This document shows positions 1-8,503 of a stretch of 64,000 nt of DNA, piece by piece. Numbering within the stretch: position 1 is the stretch's first letter; each line of letters opens with the position of its first letter. A program made the translations under genes and the position numbers. Where the stretch lies: contig CAWFVM010000001.1 of the NCBI GenBank assembly GCA_963819285.1, positions 439,182-503,181 of the forward strand, read 5' to 3'. The notes beneath the pieces were generated by a model that worked only from the letters and a program-made list of their open reading frames with translations, made no database searches and was not told the origin of the DNA. Source of the DNA: an uncultured Actinomycetota bacterium. Its GTDB lineage: Bacteria; Actinomycetota; Actinomycetes; Streptosporangiales; Streptosporangiaceae.

Positions 1-553
1 TATAGCCGATTGGGAAATGGATGAGGTAGCGTGTCCCGGCCGCCTCGTAGTACAGGTTCAAGGCGGCAGCTGTGCCCATCCTTGCGGTCGGCTTGACAAC
101 TATCACGAGGTTGATCAGGTCATGTCCAGGTGTGTGTCGTACGATCGCGCCCGGAATGCTCTGCCGCTGTCCCCAGTGAAAACCGGGCTGGTAGCCCGAC
201 TGGCGCGGGTAACCAGGACCCGAATCCCCGAGCGGGCCGCTTGTCGGAACGACCCAGGCGGCCACCAGGCGCAGGTGCCGGGCATCGACCAGCGTAACTT
301 TGCTTATTCTCGCCGGTCCGCCCGTATTGCGAAACGCATCAAAACTGTCATGCAAGACCCCGCCTGGCCTTGTCTGCTCGCAAAGCGTTCCCGAGTTGGT
401 GCCGCCATTGCCGAACGGCCCGTCAGTGTCAAGACGGCCTCTGCTGCTGCACGAGGTCGCTACGTGAGGGCAAGCCCGCAAACGAGCCCTCTTAGCATGA
501 CCTGGTTCACCTCGATCTGCTTGTCCCGCCTGCTCGGCGTGGCCGGACGCCAT
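1..553 (-). CDS. hypothetical protein, partial (3' end lies beyond the window start)
   Basis: The minus-strand frame is open from ATG 553..551 to position 1. It is absent from the ORF track only because it has no stop inside the window. The translation (...GNGGTNSGTLCEQTRPGGVLHDSFDAFRNTGGPARISKVTLVDARHLRLVAAW...LNLYYEAAGTRYLIHFPIGY) is compositionally protein-like, unlike the Arg/Pro-rich plus ORF 17..904 that shadows it. No family recognised; start uncertain. Confidence 0.3.
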   Translation of the reverse strand, partial: MASGHAEQAGQADRGEPGHAKRARLRACPHVATSCSSRGRLDTDGPFGNGGTNSGTLCEQTRPGGVLHDSFDAFRNTGGPARISKVTLVDARHLRLVAAWVVPTSGPLGDSGPGYPRQSGYQPGFHWGQRQSIPGAIVRHTPGHDLINLVIVVKPTARMGTAAALNLYYEAAGTRYLIHFPIGY

Positions 554-716
554 GGCGAGTCTGCGGGGTACTGCCACTTTCGGGGTGCTGAAAGCCAGCC
601 TGACCTGCGGTCCGCCCGGTCCCTCCAGGAGAACCAGTTCATCCGCTGGGGATACCGGCTACGCTCCGGACCCCACCCCCCGCCATCGCCCAGCCCCCCG
701 GCTCTCGGACCGCATG

Positions 717-758
717 GATGTGGCAGAGGTGTTGCTGAAGCTGCATCTCTGCCACATC
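717..758. repeat. hairpin repeat module H3 (12-bp arms, 18-nt loop)
   Basis: GATGTGGCAGAG (717-728) and CTCTGCCACATC (747-758) are perfect reverse complements around the loop GTGTTGCTGAAGCTGCAT. Related copies lie at 22764-22813, 44256-44300 (right arm decayed) and 61543-61588 (near-identical loop). Confidence 0.8.
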
Positions 759-823
759 GATGCCCATTCTGGGCGGGCTGCCCGTGCGGGTTGCAACCGT
801 CTTCCAGGATCGTGCCGCCTCGC

Positions 824-980
824 GGAGAATTGTCCGCATTTTCCTGGAGAGTTGTCGGTCTCCGCGTGGAGATTTGTCTCTCGTGGAGAGTTTTCAGTAA
901 ATAGCGCGGCAAACTCTCCGCGAGGCGATAACTCGCCACGAGAACGCTGAAAACTCTCCGCGAGAATGGCGACAATCTCC
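824..980. repeat. 157-bp imperfect long palindrome built from GGAGA-TTGTC-like subunits
   Basis: The left arm (GGAGAATTGTCCGC..GGAGAGTTGTCGG..GGAGATTTGTCTC..GGAGAGTTTTCAG) mirrors the right arm (..CTGAAAACTCTCC..GGCGACAATCTCC) about a centre near 902. GC is clearly below the local average. Same architecture as 8141-8315. Confidence 0.75.
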
Positions 981-1356
981 GGATCACGGCGAGGCAGGCG
1001 GGAACATATCGAACCCAAGCTTCGCCGACGTAACCTCAAAGCCAGGGTCAGGGGAGCCGATACGGAACATGAGTGGGCGGTCACCCCACCACGACTCCGT
1101 GATCAAGATACCAGCCATGCTGACGCGCAGCCGCAGAGTGCGATGACCAGCGCCGCTGTGAGGGTGACTTTCAGCCGTCTCAGGTGGCTGCCCCTGCCCA
1201 GTTGTGAAGGCTCTGCGCACCGCGCGAGTCTCGCCGCAGGCCGCTGACCGGGCCTCTGGCGTGGTGATAATATGCTAGTGATCTGAGGCGACAGCCACAG
1301 AGGTTATGTCGTCGTCACAGACATAACGGACTTAACCGGTCCTACAACTTCATATT

Positions 1357-1503
1357 GCTCATCCAGAGGGGTGGAGGGAACGGCCCTGTGAAGCCCCGGC
1401 AACCATCACGCTTATCCGAGCTTGACTCGTCCAGGTCAGTGAGGCCAGCGCGTGACTGGTGCCAACTCCGGCTTGCCATCGCATGATGGCAAGGCAGATG
1501 AGG
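1357..1503 (+). promoter_or_regulatory. SAM-I (S-box) riboswitch aptamer, probable translational OFF switch
   Basis: GCUCAUCCAGAGGGGUGGAGGGAACGGCCCUGUGAAGCCCCGGCAACC...GGUGCCAACUCCGGC...AGAUGAGGAG carries the invariant SAM-I core blocks (P1 CUCAUC/GAUGAG, GGnGGAGGGA, GGCCC, GCAACC, GGUGCCAA). The 3' strand of P1 runs straight into the GAGGAGAGG Shine-Dalgarno about 10 nt upstream of ATG 1519. Confidence 0.9.
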
Positions 1504-1518
1504 AGAGGCCTCACAGCT

Positions 1519-2808
1519 ATGACTGCTCTTATCCCCCCCCAGATCCCTGCTCAGGCGCGTGCGACGCGCTCATCCTTCGGTAACGCCAGCGCCCTGACCT
1601 GCCGTGAATGCGGCGCCAGCTTTGAGCTTGGCGGCCAGCACGCCTGCTCGGACTGCTTCGGCCCGCTCGAAGTCAGCTACGACCTGCCCCCGATCAGCAG
1701 GCGCTCGATCGAGGACGGCCCGCGCAACATCTGGCGATACGCCAGCCTCCTGCCGGTCCCGCCGGACATCGCCGCGCGGCGGACGACCGAGCCGGGCCGG
1801 ACGCCGCTGGTCCGGGCCGACAACCTCGCGCGCTCGCTCGGCATGCGCACCCTGTGGGTCAAGGACGAGCGGTCCAACCCCACGCATTCCTTCAAGGATC
1901 GCGTCGTCGCGGTCGCGCTGGCCGCGGCCGTCGAGCTCGGCTACCGGGTCCTCGCCTGCCCGTCGACCGGCAACCTGGCCAACGCTGTGGCCGCCGCGGC
2001 CGCCAGGGCCGGGATCGAGTCGGTGGTCCTGGTGCCCGCCAATCTGGAGCCGGAGAAGATCCTCGGGTCCGCCATCTACGGGTGCCGCCTGATCACGGTC
2101 GACGGCGGCTACGACGAGGTGAACCGGCTCGCGTCCGAGCTGGCCGAGGAGCACGACGACTGGGCGTTCGTCAATGTCAACGTTCGTCCGTACTACGCCG
2201 AGGGGTCCAAGACGATCGGTTATGAGATCGCGGAGGATCTGGGCTGGCGGCTGCCGCGCCAGATAGTCGTACCGGTCGCCTCAGGCGCTCAGCTCGTCAA
2301 GATCGACAAGGCGTTCGGCGAGCTTGCCTCGATCGGCCTGGTCGACCCCGACGCGCCGGCTGACGTGCGTGTCTATGGCGCGCAGGCGAGCGGGTGCGCC
2401 CCCGTGGCCGCCGCGTTCGCCGCCGGCTACGACGTCGTGCAGCCGGTGAAGCCCGACACCATCGCCAAGTCGCTGGCGATCGGCAACCCGGCCGATGGCC
2501 CCTACGTGCTCGATGTCGTGCGCCGGACCGGCGGCCAGGTGGCGGCCGCGCCCGACGATGAGATCATCGACTCGATCCGGCTGCTCGCCGTCACCGAGGG
2601 GATCTTCGGCGAGACCGCGGTCGGCGTGACGCTCGCCGTGCTGCGCAGGCTGCTCGCGGCCGGTCAGCTCGATCCTGAGCAGGAGACGGTCATCATCAAC
2701 TCGGGCGAGGGCCTGAAAACGCTGAACGCCGTCGCCGGGATCATCCCGGTCGCCGAGCCGATCAAGCCGAGCCTGGCCGAGTTCAGCCGCCGGTATGAGG
2801 CTGGCTGA
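1519..2808 (+). CDS. threonine synthase-family PLP enzyme with N-terminal zinc ribbon (ThrC paralogue, MetM-like)
   Basis: Track ORF 1459..2808. Start moved to ATG 1519 because 1459-1503 is riboswitch RNA. Motifs: CRECG..CSDCFG zinc ribbon, PLP-lysine motif HSFKDR, STGNLANAVAAAAA, fold-type II PLP enzyme over the full length. Confidence 0.9.
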   Translation: MTALIPPQIPAQARATRSSFGNASALTCRECGASFELGGQHACSDCFGPLEVSYDLPPISRRSIEDGPRNIWRYASLLPVPPDIAARRTTEPGRTPLVRADNLARSLGMRTLWVKDERSNPTHSFKDRVVAVALAAAVELGYRVLACPSTGNLANAVAAAAARAGIESVVLVPANLEPEKILGSAIYGCRLITVDGGYDEVNRLASELAEEHDDWAFVNVNVRPYYAEGSKTIGYEIAEDLGWRLPRQIVVPVASGAQLVKIDKAFGELASIGLVDPDAPADVRVYGAQASGCAPVAAAFAAGYDVVQPVKPDTIAKSLAIGNPADGPYVLDVVRRTGGQVAAAPDDEIIDSIRLLAVTEGIFGETAVGVTLAVLRRLLAAGQLDPEQETVIINSGEGLKTLNAVAGIIPVAEPIKPSLAEFSRRYEAG

Positions 2809-3490
2809 CTACTCAGCGTGATGTACCGCTGCTGCGGAGTGTTTATGGCTGGCATTCCGCGGCAGCGTGCCTCCGCGCGGGCTCGGATGGCTTAGGCATT
2901 CGAATCGAATCCGGGTCCAGAGCAAGATCAAGAACGTGTGATAAATATTGCGCGCCTATTAATCGCGTCCCATCGGCTGGCCAGTGCGGAGGCGAATGTC
3001 CATGGTCCTGCGAAGGGCCCGGTCACGCGGACAGGACGCAGCCGTCGTCTCGCGCCAGCGATGCTTAGCGCGCGGCGAGTCGCACAAGACGACCGGGCGC
3101 TAAGCGCCGGAGCGGGTCGGCCGGCGGCCTGCCCGGTTCAGGCACTAAGGCGTTTTTTGTGGTAGTAGCGAGTTCCGGGAGTAGGCGTGTCGCCGACTCG
3201 GGCGCACGGCTGAGGTCATTGGCTTTAAACCGGGTTAAATGGCGTCAGAAGTCAGCCGGAAGCACCTAGAGAGGGGGGTCGGTGCTGGTCCGCGACGTCA
3301 CTTGGACCTTGGGTCGGATCGCACTACGCGTCGCCCCGCGAGCATGTAGTGTAATGTCCGGTCGCTGTCGGTACGGCGAGAACGGCAGGCTGAGCTTGCG
3401 CAGGACGTCAAGCCCGTTCCGCGATCAACGGGTTTCGCGTAGCAAGGGCGTGACCCGAAGCCCGAGCAAAAGTTAGGGAGTTGTTGTTTC

Positions 3491-3691
3491 ATGGCTCAGG
3501 GCACCGTCAAATGGTTCAACGCGGATAAGGGCTACGGCTTCATCGCGGTCGACGGTGGTAGGGACGTCTTCGTCCACTTCTCGGCAATTAAGGCGGACGG
3601 CTACCGGACGCTTGAGGAGGGTCAGCGTGTCGAATTCGAGATTACGCAGAGCGACCGTGGCCCTCAGGCTGAGAATGTCCAGTCGGTATAA
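3491..3691 (+). CDS. cspA: cold-shock protein CspA family
   Basis: 66 aa, [18 protein letters not shown]...DVFVHFSAI, with the canonical RNP1/RNP2 cold-shock motifs. A long untranslated leader lies upstream. Confidence 0.95.
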   Translation: MAQGTVKWFNADKGYGFIAVDGGRDVFVHFSAIKADGYRTLEEGQRVEFEITQSDRGPQAENVQSV

Positions 3692-3711
3692 GGTCCGCAA
3701 CTTAGCGCGGT

Positions 3712-3744
3712 AGGCCCGGTACCCAGACGTCGGGTGCCGGGCCT
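3712..3744 (+). terminator. stem-loop after cspA (putative intrinsic terminator)
   Basis: AGGCCCGGTACCC-agacgtc-GGGTGCCGGGCCT forms a 13-bp stem with one mismatch, 21 nt after the cspA stop. No clear U-tract, as is common in high-GC actinobacteria. Confidence 0.5.
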
Positions 3745-3786
3745 TCGCGTGTCCTGGTGCCGAGGGCCAGAAGCCGGGGGCGCAGC

Positions 3787-3847
3787 TTGCACTCTCCCCC
3801 CGAGAGTGCTAAACAAGTCGTTGGCACTCTCGGGTTGAGAGTGACAG
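3787..3847 (+). promoter_or_regulatory. two tandem CIRCE operators (HrcA binding sites) upstream of groEL2
   Basis: TTGCACTC-N9-GAGTGCTAA (3787-3812) and TTGGCACTC-N9-GAGTGACA (3821-3846) match the CIRCE consensus TTAGCACTC-N9-GAGTGCTAA. Confidence 0.85.
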
Positions 3848-3975
3848 CTTCAGTAGCGTGATCGGGGCGACGAGGCACTGCGGGCAGGCGGGAAGGGACC
3901 GCCAGCGCGCTATGCCGTCCGTCGCGGGCGTCGGCTCGGTCGGCATTCAAAGGCAATAAGTTCCAGGAGGACTAG

Positions 3976-5611
<1,636 letters not shown>

Positions 5612-5639
5612 TCGTCGCAAGTGATTGTCGCAAGACCCG

Positions 5640-5673
5640 AAGGCGGCTCTGGCTCACGCCGGAGCCGCCTTTG
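5640..5673 (+). terminator. stem-loop after groEL2 (putative terminator)
   Basis: AAGGCGGCTC (5640-5649) and GAGCCGCCTT (5662-5671) form a perfect 10-bp stem with a 12-nt loop, followed by TGG, 29 nt after the groEL2 stop. Confidence 0.6.
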
Positions 5674-5762
5674 GCATCCCGGGGGCACCGGCAGGGCAAC
5701 CCGCGCAGGGAGATCGTGCGCGTCGGATACTCAACAGGCCGCTGAAGGTGGATCATCAAGGC

Positions 5763-6842
5763 ATGAATCCGCCCACCGAGCAGCTCATCCGGGATTATCT
5801 CAACCGGTTGTCGGTCGCGGCGCGCAGCAAACTCAGCATTGCCGAGCGGCAGTCCCTGCTTGACCGCACGCGCGCGCGGATCGAAGCTGAGTGTGGTGGC
5901 ATAACTGGCGCGAGCGCGCTACAGGTAGGAAAGGCCCTGGCCGGCCTCGGCGATCCGATCGCGCTCGTGGAGAGCGAGGTCGCGGCCAGGCAGGCTGAGC
6001 CAGGCGAGGCAGTTAACGGGAACGAGATAGGCAAGGACTTGCTCGTGGCTGACGGGTCGAATGGGTTGAACGGGCCGAGCGGGCCGGGCGGGGCTAGACC
6101 CGCCCGTCCTGCCGGTTCCGGCCGCTCGTCGGTCCTGGCCGGGTTGTCCGCGGCTCATCGTCTGGTGCGCGGCCGCGTGCCCGAGCCCCGCCCCGCACCA
6201 GATCTCGAATCAGAACCCGTTCCCGCGCTGCTGCCCGCTCCCGAATCCCAGGGCGAGCCCGAGCCCGAGCCGCCGCCGGACCCGGCCAAGCCCGGTGGCG
6301 CTGACCAGCGCGCGCGACGGTCGCCTTCCAGCCCCGCATCTGCCGGCCCGGCACCTGGGAGTCGCGCATCTGGCAGTCGCGCATCTGCGAGCCGCGCATC
6401 TGCGAGCCGCGCACCGGCCAGTCCCGCACCGGCGAGCGAGGGAGTACTTGCAGGTCTCGCGTCCGGAGCGATCGGGGTTGCCCGCAGGCACACGGTAGAG
6501 ACTCTCGCCGTGCTGCTGCTCGGCCTCGGAGGAGCGATCTATCCGCCGATCTGGCTGGTCGGAGCCGCCCTGGCGCTGCCGTCGAAGAAATGGGATATAC
6601 GCGACAAATTCTTTGGGCTGACTGTTCCGGTCATTCTGGTAGTTGTCGGAACCGTGCTGACGCTCGTCTTTGGCGGCGAGCACAACTCGATCGGCTCCTA
6701 TGCATTCGAGGCCTGGCTCGGCGCCGAGCGGCTGAGCCGGGTACTGGCGCTGGCGGGTGCCGGATATCTGCTGTGGGGATTGCGCCGAGGCCGGCGGAAG
6801 CCCAGGCAGCCGCCGTGGAACGTGCCGCACAAACTCGGCTGA
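5763..6842 (+). CDS. membrane protein with HAAS/DUF1700-like N-terminal helix domain, Pro/Ala/Ser-rich linker and C-terminal TM helices
   Basis: Track ORF 5625..6842, start moved to ATG 5763 (MNPPTEQLIRDYLNRL...ERQSLLDRTRARIE). There are three hydrophobic helices at the C-terminus. The domain assignment comes from motif resemblance only. Confidence 0.55.
   Translation: MNPPTEQLIRDYLNRLSVAARSKLSIAERQSLLDRTRARIEAECGGITGASALQVGKALAGLGDPIALVESEVAARQAEPGEAVNGNEIGKDLLVADGSNGLNGPSGPGGARPARPAGSGRSSVLAGLSAAHRLVRGRVPEPRPAPDLESEPVPALLPAPESQGEPEPEPPPDPAKPGGADQRARRSPSSPASAGPAPGSRASGSRASASRASASRAPASPAPASEGVLAGLASGAIGVARRHTVETLAVLLLGLGGAIYPPIWLVGAALALPSKKWDIRDKFFGLTVPVILVVVGTVLTLVFGGEHNSIGSYAFEAWLGAERLSRVLALAGAGYLLWGLRRGRRKPRQPPWNVPHKLG
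6360..6434. repeat. 15-bp tandem repeat x5 (in frame, encodes SRASG/SRASA/SRAPA/SPAPA)
   Basis: AGTCGCGCATCTGGC, AGTCGCGCATCTGCG, AGCCGCGCATCTGCG, AGCCGCGCACCGGCC and AGTCCCGCACCGGCG are read directly from the sequence. Confidence 0.85.
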
Positions 6843-7055
6843 TCGCTGAGGGGCGCGGGGCCGGTTAATCCAGTGTTCCGATTGACCGGACAGGGTATGT
6901 TTCACCTCACGACCCGACGGGCTAGCTCGGTAGTTTCGGTTCTGGCCTGGCCAACTCGATCAGGACGTGGATGGACGCCTGGCCATGACCGATAGCCTTG
7001 ATCTAGACCGCAAGTTCCTAGCCCCATCAGCTCTCCTCGCGTAAAGGGTCTGCTC

Positions 7056-7439
7056 GTGCCTACTGGCAAGGTCAAGTGGTATGACGCCGACAAGGGTTTC
7101 GGCTTCCTCACCCGTGACGACGGCGGCGAGGTCTTCGTGCACTCGACCGCCTTCGTGACGGCAGGCACGGTGCTGCGCCCGGGCCAGCGCGTCGAGTTCG
7201 GAGTCGCCGAGGGCCGCAGGGGTGCTCAGGCCCTGCAGGTCAGGACGCTTGAGCCGCCACCCACCATCGCGAAGACAAGCCGTAAGGGCACGGACGAGAT
7301 GACGGTGCTGGTCGAGGACCTGATCAAGCTGCTCGACAGCCTGTCGAACACGTACCACCGCGGCAAGCATCCCGAAAGCCGGGAAGCAAAGAAGGTCGCC
7401 TCGTTGCTCCGCGCCGTAGCCGACGACATCGACGTCTGA
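7056..7439 (+). CDS. cold-shock domain protein with about 60-aa C-terminal extension
   Basis: GTG start. PTGKVKWYDADKGFGFLTRDDGGEVFVHSTA is a canonical CSD, followed by a helical tail (...LLRAVADDIDV). Confidence 0.9.
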   Translation: MPTGKVKWYDADKGFGFLTRDDGGEVFVHSTAFVTAGTVLRPGQRVEFGVAEGRRGAQALQVRTLEPPPTIAKTSRKGTDEMTVLVEDLIKLLDSLSNTYHRGKHPESREAKKVASLLRAVADDIDV

Positions 7440-7514
7440 CCCCAGACCAAGATCGCCTCGTTGTTCCGTGCCGCAGCCGACGACATCGACGTCTGACCCC
7501 AGACCAAGATCGCC
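7392..7514. repeat. 57-bp tandem duplication (2.2 copies) spanning the csp gene 3' end, stop codon and flank
   Basis: Copy 1 (7392-7448) and copy 2 (7449-7505) differ at about 5 positions. A third copy starts at 7506 (AAGATCGCC). Copy 2 would still encode KIASLFRAAADDIDV-stop. Confidence 0.85.
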
Positions 7515-7539
7515 GCTGAACCCGCTCCCGGCCAGTTGA

Positions 7540-8030
7540 TCTTGGTGCTGCGGGCGGGAGCCGGTGCCTGGCCTGAGTTCGGTGTGCGGCGCCCGGATTC
7601 GGTCCGGGCTTGGGTGGGGCGCGGGGCCGGGTTTGCGAGTTTCTGGGGGGTTTGCGGGGGCTGGTGCCGGGGTGGTGGCTAAAAGATCTAGGAGACTTTT
7701 TCCTGTAGGAGGATTGACCACCATATTCGCTGTTAAGTCTCCTACAGGAAAAAAGTCTCCTACAGGATCAGGCGAGCCTGGCAGCGGTGAGCCGACTGTG
7801 ACAGCTGAGCCACCAGGGACCAGGCCGGGGCCGGACGGTGGCTCCGCCAGGCCCGCGAGGCAGCCCGATCACGGAATTCGCGCCAGAGCCCGGAACATTG
7901 GCAGCGTGATCACCCGCCCAGACTTCCGTGATCACGAGCCGCAGCATCGTCACGGAAACCTAGTAGTGGCGGGACTTCTCGGGTACGGGCTGCCCGCCAT
8001 GATCACGGCAACCTAATAGGGCGGGACGTC
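7540..8030. repeat. composite mosaic repeat, locus B (inverted copy of 55830-56400)
   Basis: Order: GC-rich arm, 85-bp AT-rich core (7685-7769), CAGGCGAGCCTGGCAGCGGTGAGCC, one copy of the 22-bp unit, GATCACGGAATTCGCGCCAGAGCCCGGAACATTGGC, the GTGATCACCC linker, then H1 hairpin 7924-7957. The reverse complement aligns module for module with locus F. Confidence 0.8.
7685..7769. repeat. 85-bp AT-rich palindromic core with four CTCCTACAGG-type 12-mers (iteron-like)
   Basis: The sequence is GATCTAGGAGAC-T5-CCTGTAGGAGG-attgaccaccatattcgctgttaa-GTCTCCTACAGG-A6-GTCTCCTACAGGATC. It is near identical, as reverse complement, to 56165-56249. Confidence 0.9.
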
Positions 8031-8140
8031 TCAGGTGCGGGCTGCACGGAGACCTGGTCTGGGCCGCCGGTCTGACACCGGCCCGGCCAGCGGTCGCCGC
8101 CTCAAGATCACAGCCTTGAGCCGCCGCCCTCGCATCTTCG

Positions 8141-8315
8141 GGGAGAGTTACCGCCTCCCGTAGAGCTACCGTCATCTGCGGGTTAAGCTACCGCTTCAGG
8201 TAGAGATAACCGTCAAATACGACAGTAAGTCTACGCGAAGCGGTAACCCTACCCGCAGATGACGGTAGATCTACATGATCATGACGGTGAGTCTTCGCGA
8301 GGCGGCAACTCTCCC
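8141..8315. repeat. 175-bp imperfect long palindrome (termini GGGAGAGTT / AACTCTCCC)
   Basis: The left arm is GGGAGAGTTACCGCC..GAGCTACCGTCATCTGCGGGT..GCTACCGC..GATAACCGTC. The right arm is its imperfect reverse complement with one 22-nt insertion. The centre is near 8220, and GC is below the local average. Confidence 0.8.
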
Positions 8316-8503
8316 GAATCATCACGCCAGTTCACTGGCCGGTCGGTACGGCAGATGCTGCTGGGACTGATGTGACCTGTGGTGCCCGGGTCGGCGCCCG
8401 CACGCCGGCTGTGAGGCCCAGCTAGCGGGCGAACCTCACCCAGATCGACCGTGCGCGAGAGGCGGAAGGGACTCGGATAGCCGGGGCAGCCGGGCGCGCG
8501 CGG

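Noticed and set aside
17-1084. Track ORFs 17..904(+), 460..987(-), 552..950(+) and 659..1084(-) as genes
   Set aside because: They overlap each other in several frames, are Arg/Pro/Ser-rich, and run across the H3 hairpin and the 157-bp palindrome. A more protein-like frame exists on the minus strand for 1-553.
2809-3490. A degenerate ThiS/MoaD-like (MetO) gene or small ORF 2938..3165 in the gap before cspA
   Set aside because: No frame gives a ubiquitin-fold-like sequence or a C-terminal GG. ORF 2938..3165 is Arg/Ala-rich with a poor start context. The region is treated as non-coding leader or spacer.
6960-7724. ORF 6960..7724(-) and the MVVNPPTGK.. ORFs (also 56209..56712) as proteins
   Set aside because: They are translations of the mosaic repeat and of the antisense strand of the csp gene. 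The shared peptide simply reflects the shared 85-bp core.
7500-8430. Hairpin/repeat clusters as CRISPR arrays
   Set aside because: The conserved units are inverted (hairpin arms) rather than direct repeats. The variable parts are only 12-18 nt, spacing is irregular, clusters hold just one or two units, and no cas genes are present in the window.
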